The notes below the pieces were generated by a model, which ran no database searches, was not told the DNA's origin, and was given only the letters and a program-made list of their open reading frames with translations. DNA of 64,000 nucleotides from Camelus dromedarius (taxonomy: Eukaryota): contig NC_087437.1 of the NCBI RefSeq assembly GCF_036321535.1, positions 46,192,001 to 46,256,000 of the forward strand, read 5' to 3'. Numbering within the stretch: position 1 is the stretch's first letter; every line of letters starts with the position of its first letter. A program made the translations under genes and the position numbers. Positions 50,987 to 64,000 of the stretch are shown here, piece after piece.

Positions 50987-52889
50987 ATTCATACCTACTA
51001 ATCTTGGAGGAGGCCTAAGGCCCAAGTTTATTATGTTTCCGCTACAGTAATTTCCAGTAAGGCCTGATGCTTTTCATCAGACATCTTCCAGGTTCTGACA
51101 TTAAGAGTTGAACAGAGAACAGTGCAATTTAAATAAGATTTTCCAGCAGCATAGGGTTGAACATCTTGCCAGCCTGAGTTATTGAAGACTGATGCTAGCA
51201 ATTATTGAAGAAGTAGCATAGCTGTATCTATGAGGGGTGGGGAGGTCTAGTTTAGTTAATCTATTTGGCCTGTTTCCTACAATTTGAAGTCTTATTTCCC
51301 TCACAGAAATGAAGGGTTTAAAACAACAACAACAAATCAATGACTGTATCACATGTCTTGGAACATTAAAAATACTTAAGATGCCTAATAATGTCATACA
51401 ACCGTACTTGTGTTAGCTATTCACTAGTAAGCATCTATCTGTAATTTGAATTGCTTCCCATTATTTCAGCCCAGTGGTAATTGTTTTTGCTTTTAGTGTG
51501 TTTAGCTTGCCTGTTTTTTCCCTTTCCCTCTTCAGATTGTAATAGAGCTGAGTCCACGGTAACCCCTTCATCATAATGAGAGAGAAGTTTTCTAATGACT
51601 CAGATTTCTAAATTAAACCTAAAATGTTTACTGCAAAGATGCCAGGCACACATTATGCATCACTGTTGCTATACCATAATATAATTCAGATAGAAATTAT
51701 CTTTGCAAAGGGCAATCAATTTTTGTCACTACTTTTTTGCTTTCTTGACAATCTGGTCAGTGGGCTGTGGAAAAGTGCTTTTACTTGATTACTTATACTG
51801 TTGATGATCATTGTGGTTTTTGGCAGAGCTAAGGCATTATTTCACAGACCTGCACTGCAGTGGGGAATGGGTGTAACTTGAAAATACAGCCAAAGTTCCT
51901 GTGGATTTAGCCAACACCAAGGAATGTACAAACTTAAGCACAGTTCTTATGAGACTTCATTTTTTTTATGGTGGTTTGCCACACATGGGGGCAGGATAAA
52001 CAAACATGGAACCGTGGAGGTCCGAGGTTCCCCTGCACCTCAAGGAATCTTCTGCTATGGAGGCTTCTGGGAACAACCTGTACGTCTCATCTAATGCTCA
52101 GGACACACATCCTTCCGCTTGGAACTTTGGATTTGAAAGGAAGGAAACATTTAAAATATATCTATATATCTATATATATGTCTGTATCTATAAATTTCAA
52201 AAACCTATGGTGCCACTGTGCTGTCTTCTAAAGGCAGAGAGATCCACCACTGCAGGTTGAATGCTTTATCTGAATCTAATGTTGATAAAGAAATGAAAGG
52301 AACAGAGACCTGAAATGTGGCAGATAACTTTTTCAAAGTGATATTATAATAAAGAAGGAAGGGTAGAAGCAGAAAGAGCCATATTAAATGATTGCTTTAT
52401 CACTTTTTTGCCAACTTCTATTTTTGACTTTTATATTTAAAAACATTTCAAACAAATCAGCTATGCAGTGGTTAAATGCTCTTGGAAGAAAATGACTCTG
52501 ATTAATCCAAAACCACTTCAGTAGGCAACCCAAGGACTAGAACTAGTTTAATTTCTTAAAAAATCAACAAGCGTGTCGGTTACAAAGAAGAACGCCTGTC
52601 TTGCTGAAGCTAAACTAAGACCTCTAATTCCTTTTACATAAGTCACTGAACAGCTGTCAGATATGTGAACAAATTTTGGACACTTGAGAACTGAACTGCG
52701 ACTTTGAACCAGTGAACTGGAGGTCCTTTGTCCTTAACATCATTCCCCTGAGCCACCTGCGATGGCAGACAACATACTCATCATAGAAAATGGCATCACC
52801 CAGTTCTGAGAATCTACCAACATGTATTCAGAATTATCAGTATTTTTTTTAGTTTAAATGGTACTTGCTTCTGATTGCTTTTAGTCTAG

Positions 52890-53670
52890 ATGTCTCCATC
52901 CTATTTAGTGACACCACTGTCCACCAAGTCACTAAGAGAAGAAATTGCCATTATCTTTTAGTAAGCCTCACTAATCTACTTCTGTGCCTCTTGAATCCTT
53001 CGTCTTGTCTGTTACCATCACCTGACTTCAGGCTTCTCCTTGGATAGCTAAGGAGCCTTTTAGCTCATCCCCCACACATCCATTCTTCACTTTGCTGCCA
53101 GATTTTCGTTTTAAACCAGAGATCAAATCTCATTGAAATGTCAAGTTTTTCTATGGCTCCTCAATTATGTTCCAATTACGTTATTCCTCACCCCAGTCAT
53201 CTCCTAAGACTGCTCTGGCAGCTCTGCCTTCCTGATTTATGCACCTCCCTGACTTATGCACCTGCTCTTCTCAGCTCTAGATTTGCTGGGTTTGCCTTTC
53301 CTTCTAATAGCATCTGTAGGATCCTTTCATGTTTACAGCCAGTTTCTCCTGCTGTTTGTTCTGCCCACAATTCCCTTCCTCTTTTTCGTCAGCTATCATA
53401 GTTCATTCCTCCTGCAAGGCCGTATCAGATATCCCTGTTCAAAAGTCTTTTCTTTCTCAAAAGAGATGGAATACTCCTTCCTTTGTTCCTTTAACACTTA
53501 GTGTATCTATTGTCACACTTCTCCCCAGGCCCACTCATTCCACAAATAATTGTACACTTATGTGGTTTTAACATGAATTCCCCAGGGACTGACCTCTTAT
53601 TTACCCTTCCCAATATTTAGCACCGTGTCTGTCCATGGTAGGTGCTCCATCAATGTTAAATTGAATTAGG
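52890..53670 (+). mobile_element. L2 LINE 3' region
   Basis: TCCATTCTTCACTTTGCTGCCAGA, CTCCTGCTGTTTGTTCTGCCCACAATTCCCTTCC, TTAGCACCGTGTCTGTCCATGGTAGGTGCTCCATCAATGTT. Confidence 0.7.
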
Positions 53671-54209
53671 ATTTTGGAGCACAGCCTTTCTGCATGGTAG
53701 TTCATGGGAAGCACTATAGATTGGGTAATGGGAATTCCAGCCCAGTTCCCTATCAGGTCCGCCATTGTGCATTACATGGGTTGATCTGTATGCCCCTTGA
53801 GTTCCTTGTGAGCTTAAGAATTGGGAATGAACCTCAAAGTGGACAACTGTTTCTCTCCGGTACCCTTTGCTCAGTCTGGCCTCTCATTAACCCCACACCT
53901 TCTGTCTCCTCCTCCTGCTGTTCTCACCTTGTTCCCTGCACCTGTACTGCCGTAGCCACTCCAAAGGCCAACTCAGATTGCACCTTCTACTGCAGCCTTG
54001 CCTGTGCCTTCCGGCCTGGATTTTCTTTTTTGCTGAACCTTTCTAGGGCTTTAGAATCTCTTTTCCACTATTCAGTATTGTATTACAGTTTTGTATTGTT
54101 TGCTAGTTATTTGATGTGATAAATATTTTTCTGCTCAATTCAGCTGAAAACTACTTGGGTGCAGCTTAATGGCATTGCCAGCAGAAGCATTCTGGTGTCT
54201 CTTCTGGAG

Positions 54210-54385
54210 GCCCTGGCTCTGCTATACCAGACCTGTCACCTTGGGCAAGTTTTAAAAACTGCCTAAACCTCAAATATAAAATGGGTAACATAGTAGTGCC
54301 TCTCTTATAGAATATAGAAGAGAAAATATATGTGAAACACTTTGTGTCTGACAAATGTCTCAGTATCTGACAGTTATTACTATTA
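54210..54385 (+). mobile_element. MIR SINE remnant
   Basis: CCCTGGCTCTGC...CACCTTGGGCAAGTTTT...TATAAAATGGGTAACATAGTAGTGCCTCTCTTATAG. Confidence 0.7.
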
Positions 54386-56756
54386 AGAGAAGTTTTAATC
54401 AGAACCTTTTGAAACTGATTTATCTTCTACCCAAAGCCTACATAAGTAATGACTGATACTTTGAGGTCTTTATCACGTTGCTGGATAATTATGATGATTA
54501 GTTTGGCAAAAAGTCACACCCTGCATGGTTCTTGGAACCATCATCACACCATGAGTGCAGAACAGCCAACACAGGCACTGACGTCGTGGTTTGTTCAGTG
54601 ATGTCTTGTGGCCCAAATGAACCACAAGAGCTTATGAATTGTCCTAAAACACACAAAATGTGATTCTTTAGACATTAATAAAATGAGTGTATTTTTGGTG
54701 CCATCATACCCAGACTATAAGGTCATTGAAATAAATCTGAGGCGTATCTCTTGAAAGATGTCTACTCATTCCTCTGCCAAAAGGAAAAAAAAAAAAAAAT
54801 CACCCTATCTATCTTCTTAACACAATAACATAGGAAGTATTTGTTTTAAGACCATTCCATTGTGCTTTCTTAGTTTCTCGTATCTCATCCCAGAAACCTT
54901 GAATTAACATGGCAAAAGTCCACTGTTTTGAGTTTAAGAAAAACAATATGATTCTTCTATGTCTTTCATAGACTTTCTTTGTTGAGCCAGAAGCCCTACT
55001 CACTTGGACACAGCTGTACTCTGAACTTACATCACTAGTTAAAATTTCCACTTCTAGGCATTCATTTGGCTTATTTGTTCCAGAAAGTTTTCTAATCCCT
55101 GATTAAATGTTTCACTATGCTGTACCCACAGATTCATAAACAAGTCCAGTGGCTGATTTTTCAAGATTCTGACTTAAGGAACCAGGGACCTATTGAAAAA
55201 GCTCTATCTTTTTTCCCCATTGGATATGAGGCCTGCCCTATACACAATTTGAGTATAGGTCAAGTTTTGTCTTTAGCCCTAAATTTCCTCGTGTGTTGCT
55301 CTTTCCACCTCTAGGGAGCTAAATCTGCAGGGTTTATCTGGTGTCCCATTCTTAATCTTGGTAGCTGTACCCTAATCCCTATTAAGGCATTAATAGTTCA
55401 GTATAGGTTGACCATTTGCATCTGAAGATAATATGACTGAAATTTGGAGATATTTTAAGACCCCAAAGAATAAAGTTCTAATGATAGGGTGACTTAGATG
55501 AATTAGATTTTATGATAGTAGTGATTTTATCAGAGTTATAGTGTTCAGAATAACAGGTCCTGATCCTTGTTTCCCAAACTGAGTTTGTCTTTTTGGGATC
55601 TCTACTTACTATGGGCTTCTGTTGGTATGTTTTCCATGAAGAATGAGCAAGAGTCAACTAGTTGGTCATTGATTTAGAGTTGTTCTTTGATTAAAACACA
55701 GGCAGTATGGAAGAAATAAGCCTGCCCATATGAAAATGGTTAAATGCTGATATTCCTCACTGGAAGGTGTTTTGGGGAACTGAGAGTCAGGACAACACAG
55801 AAGCATAATGTTGGTGACTATCGTTGTGCTGGTGAGATGCCACCATGACATCTCTGTGCAGAAACATCTCTCTATTTCATAGATGCAGAAACTGACACCC
55901 TTTTTCTGGTTACTCTGTGTCTCTCACTTCTCTCTGTTCCTCTGTGAGATTTAGGTTATGGAAAAGATAATTTCCAAGTTTCCCTCCTTCTTACTTTGAT
56001 CCCTACTGAATATTGGGACAGTTTCTGTCTAGTTCACCAGAGATGCTTCAGAGGTGAGAGAAGCTTACCCCTAATGGACAAACAGGATGGGGCTGTGTGG
56101 GGCAGAGGGTGTGGCTGGAGAACTCTCAGAGCTGCTTGCCATCTAGCTGAGGCCAAACAATCCTGCTCAAGGCAAAGGCCCTGTCTTAGGAAGGGTGGGT
56201 CCTGAGAGCTCATTGCTATGACACATAGCCATCCAGATCACTGGTTCCTTGAGTCATGTTACCACTTGCTCTTCCACTTCCAATCTTCTTGTTCTCAGGC
56301 ACGCCCAACCAATGACTGGGTCAACAGTTGAGCTCTGTGAATCTGGCAGACCTTTCTCAGGGATTAAAGGGCAGTCTGTTCTGTGGCTATTGTGGTGACC
56401 GTCATGTTCTCTAGGATGGCCATGCACAGGAAATACATTTCTGCAGTAGAGAGTATCTAGTATTTTACGTTAATTCCAGTGTGTGGTTCCTATGGTTATC
56501 AGTAAGATGAGGAAAATGAAAGGCATGACATTTTAATACATGTCATAACATCTTTAAAGGATGAGAAAAGCCTCTAATTGGCTTGCACCTATTTGGAATG
56601 ATTCCAGAAGTTATGTGTTACCTCTCATAAGACAGTATTACCGAGCCTGGCCAGAGTTATACTCCTGCATTTTTAGAGTACTTGTGAAGTAGAGTGTTTT
56701 CTCCATGAGAATGTGAGTTACTTTGGGAGATACTTGGTTACTTCTTAGGAGTCTAA

Positions 56757-56938
56757 TAGCATTGTTCAGTAGAACTTCTTGTGATAATGGAAATGTTGTA
56801 TAATTAGCCACTAGCCTCATATGGCTATTGAGTGCCTTGAAATTTGGCTAGTGTGACTGGAAACTGGATTTTTAGTTTCTTTAATTGTAATTATATAGTC
56901 ATGTGTGGCTACTGGCTACCACTCTGGACAAGACAGTC
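56757..56938. mobile_element. MER3 hAT-Charlie MITE
   Basis: TTCAGTAGAACTTCTTGTGATAATGGAAATGTT...TAGCCACTAGCCTCATATGGCTATTGAG...CATGTGTGGCTACTGGCTACC...TGGACA. Confidence 0.8.
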
Positions 56939-58275
56939 TGGAATATGACTGCCTGGCTTATGGGAGGCAGACTCAGTCATTGAATGTTGAGCTGAATTGA
57001 AATTACCATTCTTCAGGAAACTTGCCAAAATGTACATTTGCCATGTGTTATTCAAATTTCTAACATAATTTATTCTCAGTAATTCTAGATTTTCTATTCA
57101 TATGACATCTCAACCAAAAGCTTACTCTACCTCTGGACCTAAACAGTCATTATTACTAGAGCAGTGTTTCAGGGACCCCAGGACTTAGGGAAAGAAAAGT
57201 CTACACAATGATGCATAACAGTTCTGCTGTTACCATAAATATACTTTATAAATCCTCTCTGCCTTCCACAGTGCTTCATAGGTTATTTCCTAGTGAAAGT
57301 AGGCAATTGGATATTTCATGAAAATTTCCACCTTCTCTCTGATGATGGGGAGGAAAGAGAATAGCATTTGCCATTGGGAGTTGTCTGGGTTTGAATCCTA
57401 CATCTGTGACTTTGAAAAAAATCCTTTAAATCTTTATAACTTCAATTTTTCTTATTTATCAAATGAGAATGAAAAGAATTCTTTCAGTCCTATGTGTTGT
57501 TCAGAGTGGAAGTGTAAGAATCTTTGACTTGAAATGTGTGCAAATCTTCCTGAGCTGTAAAACACTGGACATGCATGTATGGCTATGGCTATTGTTTTTT
57601 ATTTCAGTGGAAACTGGAGCACTTGTATTAGCCTTCATGATATATTTTTCTATGCCTAAAACTAATCATTCAGCCACTGCCTATGCTAGAGTTATCACTG
57701 AAAATATTCAGAATCGTAATGTATTATGTTGTATTCTTCATAATCATGAAGTAGCATTTGTAAAATGCCAGTCTGCATGGTAGAGAGCTGATCTCTGTGC
57801 AGCAGATTGGTTAAATGAAGCCAACTTTCCTGTGACAGGAGAAAATTTGAAGAGTTCCCACTCATAGTCAATATTGGCTTGATGAAATACTTGCTTCCTG
57901 AGATAGGGAGAAGCCTTGGTTTTGTTTCTACCTACAAGACAGATTCATTATATGACTTGGAAAATTTATTTAATGTGTATATAGACTGTCTAGAAAGGAA
58001 ATTAAGTTTGTGATAGCAGTTTTTATCTGTCAGCTGATTATGCCTGGGTTTCTTAATCTGCTTTTAAACATGAAGATGAGGGCCATACCTAATTCTTCAT
58101 TCTTTTTGAAAACCATGCTCCTTGAATCAATTGTTTAGAAGTGTGGTACACTTATGGTGAGTTGTTAATTTAACTCACACTGCATGCAGATGCATAAGGA
58201 AAATGCAGCTTCTTTATTTTTCAATAGCCAATCTGATTTTTCTCTTGAACTTTTAATCTGTTGGGTAATGAAGAA

Positions 58276-58964
58276 TGTATTAGTTATCAATTGCTGCATA
58301 ACACATTACCATAAAGTGCAGCAGTTTAAAACAACAAACATTTATTATCTCATAATTTCTAGGTCATGAATCTGGGTGTGGCTTTGCTTGGTCCTCTGGC
58401 TCAGGGTCTTTCAGAAGGCTACATTCAAGGTTCCATCTAGGGCTAGATCTAGGGTGGCCAGCTGTGTGGGATTGCTCAAGAATGAGTGGTTTCTTGGGTC
58501 ATGGGACTTTTAGTGCTCACACTGGGAAAGGCTTGGGAAAAGTGGGATGAATTGGTTACTTTAGCTGGGTTTCATCTGAAGTCTAGTCTGAGGGACAATT
58601 TTGCCAGCTCCTTCATGTCATGTGGCAAGATTTAGTTCCTTGTGAATTGTTGGACTGAGGACCTCAATTCTTCTCCAGCTATTGACCAGAAACCTCCCTT
58701 AGTTCTTTGCAGCATGAACCTCTCCATTGGGCAGCTTGTTTCATCAAAACAAACAAAGGAGAGAGGAAGAGAGGTGAGCAAATTGGAAACCGAAGTCTCT
58801 TTCAAATCCAATTTTTGAAGTCACATCCCAGCACTTTTGCTGTGCTATGTTTGTGAGGGGCAAGTCATTAGGTCCAAACTGTACTCAAGCACAGTCGATT
58901 GTACAAGGGCATGGATGCCAGGAAGTGGGATCCCTGGGAGACATCTTAGAAGCTGTGTACCCCA
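58276..58964 (-). mobile_element. MLT1 (E/F-type) LTR containing a nested MER81
   Basis: TGTATTAGTTATCAATTGCTGCATAACA...TTAAAACAACAAACATTTATTATCTCA...GTTGGACTGAGGACCTCA...GAAGTCACATCCCAGCACTTTTGC. Confidence 0.8.
58450..58563. mobile_element. MER81-like hAT-Blackjack MITE
   Basis: TAGGGTGGCCA...TGGTTACTTTA degenerate terminal inverted repeats; internal GGGACTTTTAGTGCT; 114 bp. Confidence 0.7.
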
Positions 58965-61900
58965 AGAAGAAAAAACTAAAATTTAGCCCAATTTGGCAAA
59001 TGTGGGTAACAGTAACTTTTAGAAAATCATTTAGAATTTCAAATTTTCTTTCCTTCCTCTTCGGAGATGGTTTCTCAGTATAGGGCAAGAAGAAAGTCTA
59101 CTGACCTCATGGCAGAGGGAAAGAGGCACCTCACACCTCTCTGTACTGCCCTGGCTCATCTGTTCTCTGCAGTGATGTCCTTTTTATGTCTGATGTCTGC
59201 ATCCCCTGCTACTCAACAGCTGAAGTTGGCAGCTGGTGGACATGTGCTCTGTAATCTCTTGGTTCACTTGGGGCTTGACTGTCCTCTCTGATGATTTGGT
59301 GTCACTTCCATTCTTGAGGACAGGCTGTCCTGCCCACCTGACCCTCTAGCCCAGCAGGTCCCCTGTGGTGCCTCACAGTGACCCTCTGATAAGCTCTCCA
59401 CCCAGTACCCTCAGATATAGCATGCTTCCTTTCTCAAGGCTTGTGGAAACTTCTGGATACTTTGATGCCATATGAGGGCTAAGGGTGTTTCTGGGGAGCT
59501 AAACTGAGCCCCCCTTCCTCCTGCCTTCCCCTCACAGTCATGTTGTATGATCAGTATTCCTCTGATGCTGCTATTCTGTGAAAACTTGCTCTGAGTCTAA
59601 ATGGGAAAGGAAGCAAAAGCACCTCTCCGTTTGACTTTCCTCTCAACCTGTGTAAACCCCATTCTAGGCTCACATCCCAGTGTTGAGGGGCAAGGTGGGC
59701 ACGGGGCAGGGAGGAGGCCACAATACTCAGTCACATTTGCAGCCTCCTATATCCTGAGTTCTCCCTACCCTAGGCACATGGCAATACCCCTCTGGTCAGC
59801 CAGGTCTGGCTCTTACTATGTTAAATGAGGCCAGGGCAGCTTGCAACTTGGAGTGGTTTTCTTTTTTTCTTTTTTCTCTATCCAAAGCTTGGCATTCATG
59901 ACTGTTGTCTTGATGTGGATTTGTAAACGTCAGATTTATGACTCAAAGATGATCAATGGCCTCTTATTCCTTGCAGCAATAAGCCTTTTGGCTAAGCTGG
60001 GATGCCCAACTGCAAAGGAGCATAATTTTAAAGGGAAAAATACATTCAAAATGCCAAAAATACTGTTCTTATTATATGCATTGGTTCTTATAGCTGCAGG
60101 TGACTTCCTGGAGTGACCAACAGCCCTGGCTTAGGGGTTTGAGGGCCTCCTCATTCTAAAAATGGGGGAGTTATCTTTAAAAAATGCTTTTCTAGTGGTA
60201 CTGCTATGAATCCAGTATTTTAGTGCCAAAAAGACAGATTTTGTGGGGGTTAAGTGAGTAACCCCACATATTGAGAGAGCTAAAAAAATGTGTGTGTATG
60301 GAGATGGGGGGGGGTGTTAAAAAAAGGAACAAGGATAGAAAGTGAAATGTAGTGTTCAGGGAAAATAGCATAAAATATATGTAGTGGGAACAAAATAGTT
60401 AATAGTTCTTCTCTTCCCAGCCCTCCCTGTCTTCTGCATCCGGGAGGGAAGTTTGCCATGGAAACACAGGAAGTATCAGATCTGGGCAACAAGGGAAGCT
60501 TTTCTCCTACTATGCAAACTGGAAGCCGCTCTCTTCCCACTGAAGTGCCTGGGGCTATACAACACTTCTTTCGGCTGGTGGGGGATGTGGAGACTGAGGT
60601 GTCGTTCAAGGCAGCGAGCAGCCAGAAACAGCAGTTTGTAGAACATGCTTAGAGGAAGCAACCTCTGAAAAAGGGAACTGATGAGGAATTTGAATTAAAA
60701 GTGAGCTTTGAGTAATTGCAGATAGAGGTGGCATTACATAATTGCCATTAAGTCTTGACACGGAGAGTGTCCGCTTCGACGCAGATGCAGACAGAGAGGG
60801 GCTCAGTATCAGGCAGTGGAAGGGCTGGAGCTGAAGGAGGAAGAGCATGGAAGCAGGGCCACGGCAGGGGCACTCCCCTCAGCCACATCTGGCCGAGGGC
60901 TATTAAAAATTTCTTAGTGATGAGGGATTGTAAGTTACCCTCAACCGTACGGTGAAATAAATATACAGTAAACTGCAAATAACATTCAGCTTCAGTTATT
61001 CACCTGTGAATTGTACTTTTCCCACAAAGGGGTTTGAGTCATTCTCAGTGTATTTTTTAAATTTAATTTTGTTATGGAGTCTGCAGTTAAAGACCCCTCC
61101 TGATAATGTTACATCCGTTTGTTTCACTGGGACGAACTAAATAATAAAATTTGGGTACCCAGTGTGGGCCAACCAGGCCAACAGCTCTTCTTACAGAAAG
61201 CAGCTAACTGAAGCTGACCCCACCTGGATGTACCATGAGTTGCAAAAGCAAAGGGCAAAGGGAAAGGGAAGAGATGAGAGAGGCTGACTGGGATATAAAA
61301 TCAGAGGAGGAAATGCAGAAGAGAGTGAGCATGTAAAGGGTGATATGTCTACTACGGGTCTGGAGAGTCTGTAAAGTAATGGAGGGATTCGTGAAAGAGG
61401 GACTTGCGTGAGTTGCAGATATTTTTGCTTTTGGCTGAAGAAAGAGGAAGAAAAGTTTGAGTGAGGAGGAGGGATGGCTGTAGTAGTGGGCAGAAGACTG
61501 TCTGTTTTATCCTGGCTGCAAAGACTGATGGTGCAAGGCCCCTGGAGAGAGAAACTGCTAGCAAAAGTAGAAGATACTGTTCTCCTGTGTGACCCAAGTG
61601 AAATGGTAGATGGGGCATTCCTCCCAGTGATAGACTTGAATGTTTTTCCTCTCAGGCATCCTAAGGATTGTGCTACAATCTCACTAGAAGACAGCCCTTT
61701 CCTGGGGGAGAACCTATAACCGAGGTGGTGATGAGGCACTGCCCTCGGGTGACTTCTGAAGGTCATCCACTGAGGGGGCTCTGGATCAGAAGAGGAAGCT
61801 GAGGTGGGCATACATGGTGATGTGTGTGTAAGCACATGTGTAACACCACTTGAAGACATCTAGTTATAATTAGATAAAAGTTTCTAGGATGCTGCAGGCA

Positions 61901-62542
61901 AATGTGGGGTCAGGTATCAGTGACACTTTATTTCTACTAATATTCCCCTCTGCACCACATTGTTGTCTCCATTTCAGTAATTAACTTCTAATTACTGTTT
62001 CTAAGCCTCAGTTTCTTAAGTATTTACTGTATTAAAACAAGAAGTGTTAAAGCCAGGATTCATACACATTTTTATCTGCTTCCAAAGCTTACTCATGTTG
62101 CCACTATGCTGTACAAGCCCCTTTATGCTCTTCTGCCAGTGCAGTCCCAGAAGCAGCTGAAATAACAGAACTTTAAAAGGGCAGGTCAAGCGTCAGATAT
62201 TAGACATTGAAACTTAGGAGCTGATGGCCATATCAACCAGACAGGTCAACAGAGTCCTGAAAGCAGTGGCTCTAGGTAGAGACCAAAATCACCTCTGGTT
62301 ATGAGAGGAGGAATTCTTTGTCTAAGCAGAACTCAAATATGGATGAGTTTACTAATGGTTGTTCTTATGATCCAATGTTTAGTCAATTACTCATGTTAAG
62401 AGCGGGCATTAATTCACCAATGGTTATGTTATCTTGGCCAAGTTGCTTAACTTGCCAAAAATCCATTTTCCATCTATAAGATGAAGAACATGAAAGCATC
62501 TGTTTTGTAGGATTATTGTGAGAATTCACCACAAATACATAC

Positions 62543-63093
62543 TGTGGCAGATTGTCTTTTACATAGATGGCCACACCAGTATACATATCCCAATCCCACA
62601 TGCATTTCTTAAATTGTGACTGACATCCTCCCACTGAAACTTGAGATCTGTGTTCTGTTTGAATCTGGGAGACTTGACTTCTCTGATCAATAGATGTGGC
62701 AGAAGTGATGCTATGTGACTTCCAAGGCTAGGTCATAAAAAGGATATAGCTTCCATCTGTTCCCTCTCTTAGGACACTTGCCCTTAGAACTCAGCTACCA
62801 TGCTGTGAGGAAGCCAACTAACTCAAACAGAGAGGTCAATGTGGAGAGCAAACACGGCCCCCAGCAGGCTGCCACCACCAAATACCACATGTGAGTGAAG
62901 ATGCTTTCAGATAATTCCAGCTCCCAGCCTTTGAGTCTTCCATCCAAAGCTCCAGACATCAGAGCAGAGACCAGCTGCCCTCACTGTGCCCCATCCAAAT
63001 TCCTGGCCCACAGTATCAGTGAACATGACTCATTACTGTTCTGTGCCACTGAATTTGGGGTTAATTTGTTACGCATCCATAGTAACTGGAACA
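62543..63093 (+). mobile_element. MLT1 (G/H-type) solo LTR, adjacent to a MIR at about 62400-62540
   Basis: TGTGGCAG start; TGGCAGAAGTGATGCTATGTGACTTCCAAGGCTAGGTCATAAAAAG; CCATGCTGTGAGGAAGCC; end AATTTGTTACGCATCCATAGTAACTGGAACA. Confidence 0.85.
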
Positions 63094-64000
63094 GATATAA
63101 GTAATACAAAAGAAAAATAAGATAGCCAGGGAATTTATGTAACTCATTTCCTGTTCATTAATCTAATATACACTGCTAGACCAAGTGGACTCAATCAAGA
63201 GTCAGTTCTGGAATCTAACAACTTAGTAACCAGATTGTCAGGAAAATACCACCAAAACATAGAGGCATAGTGATACTTTCTATCGACAGATTAAACATGG
63301 TCCCTAGTCCCTTTCAGCCTTTGACAGAGGAGCAAACTTCTGTTTACTGGTCTCTAACAAATGTTTTAGCTGAGTGCTCACTGATTTACTTTTAACTAAA
63401 GTTCTACTCAGGAATGAGGAAATTCTAATAGGTAGCTCAGGGGTGGCCAACCTTAGCTCTTGTAATAATAATAAAACTTTACACTTATAAATGGTCTTAT
63501 ATTGGGTTTTTACATTCTTAATCTCTAGCAGGGTTTATTAATGCATTTGGATAGGCTTAGCAGAGAGGCAAACTGTCCTTTTCCTCTTACCCAGTCTCAG
63601 CTCTTCTACCAGCATCCTTGAAACTGTGGCAGGCTAATGTTGCAGGGCTGTTAGCGTGCAAGTAGGGTAAAATCTTAGAACTTCAGAGTTCTTGGAAGTT
63701 ATATAATGTCTTTCTATGCCTGCCCAATCCTTCCATAGTATTTATTTCTCTTCCAAGGGTGAGATGGTTGCCATGCATTCACATAGCATCTGGGCAAGTG
63801 CCAATTTACCAGGTCCTCTCAAGATTCTATCCCAAGAGGCTATTCCTTAATACAAGTACATAGATGCCAAAAGTGGTCACCAGTTTCTTTGTTTCATCCT
63901 CAGTTATACATACTTCTCTGTGGTTTGCATATAGCCTTATCATGTATCTCAGCAGCTATAAGCAGAAGCAAAGACACAGATTATGTGTTATAGGAGGAGA

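Noticed and set aside
60765..60781. Small hairpin GACAC-GGAGA-GTGTC
   Set aside because: A 5-bp stem is expected by chance, and the loop does not match an IRE or any other element I know.
61191..61859. 222-aa minus-strand S/P-rich ORF
   Set aside because: It reflects purine/pyrimidine strand asymmetry, probably of a decayed LINE; no recognisable motif and a non-ATG start.
1..64000. CRISPR array, operon or other prokaryotic/viral gene system
   Set aside because: There is no repeat-spacer periodicity, no gene-dense region and no internal gag/pol/env; the composition is typical mammalian repeat-rich DNA.

Overview
Mammalian, repeat-rich, non-coding DNA (intronic or intergenic). It is most likely camelid, because two short tRNA-Ala-like SINEs match the camelid Vic-1 type as I recall it. 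I recognise no host protein-coding exon, RNA gene or prokaryotic feature. The dominant element is a full-length, + strand LINE-1 (about 4735-11842). It has a CpG-rich 1.7 kb 5'UTR, ORF1, a 404-nt inter-ORF spacer and ORF2, and both ORFs are disabled by a few lesions. It lacks matching target-site duplications (TSDs) and becomes abruptly more diverged after about 11030, which suggests a young/old L1 recombination chimera. A 428-bp CpG-island-like ERV1-type solo LTR with an intact 4-bp TSD lies at 47561-47988. The rest is ancient MIR, L2, L1M, MLT1 and hAT remnants plus unique stretches with enhancer-like motifs and a few candidate exons. Repeat subfamily names come from memory of consensus sequences, and boundaries of old repeats are approximate. 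I found no convincing novel biological system. The best leads are the L1 chimera, the L1 spacer and antisense ORFs, and the promoter-like LTR.
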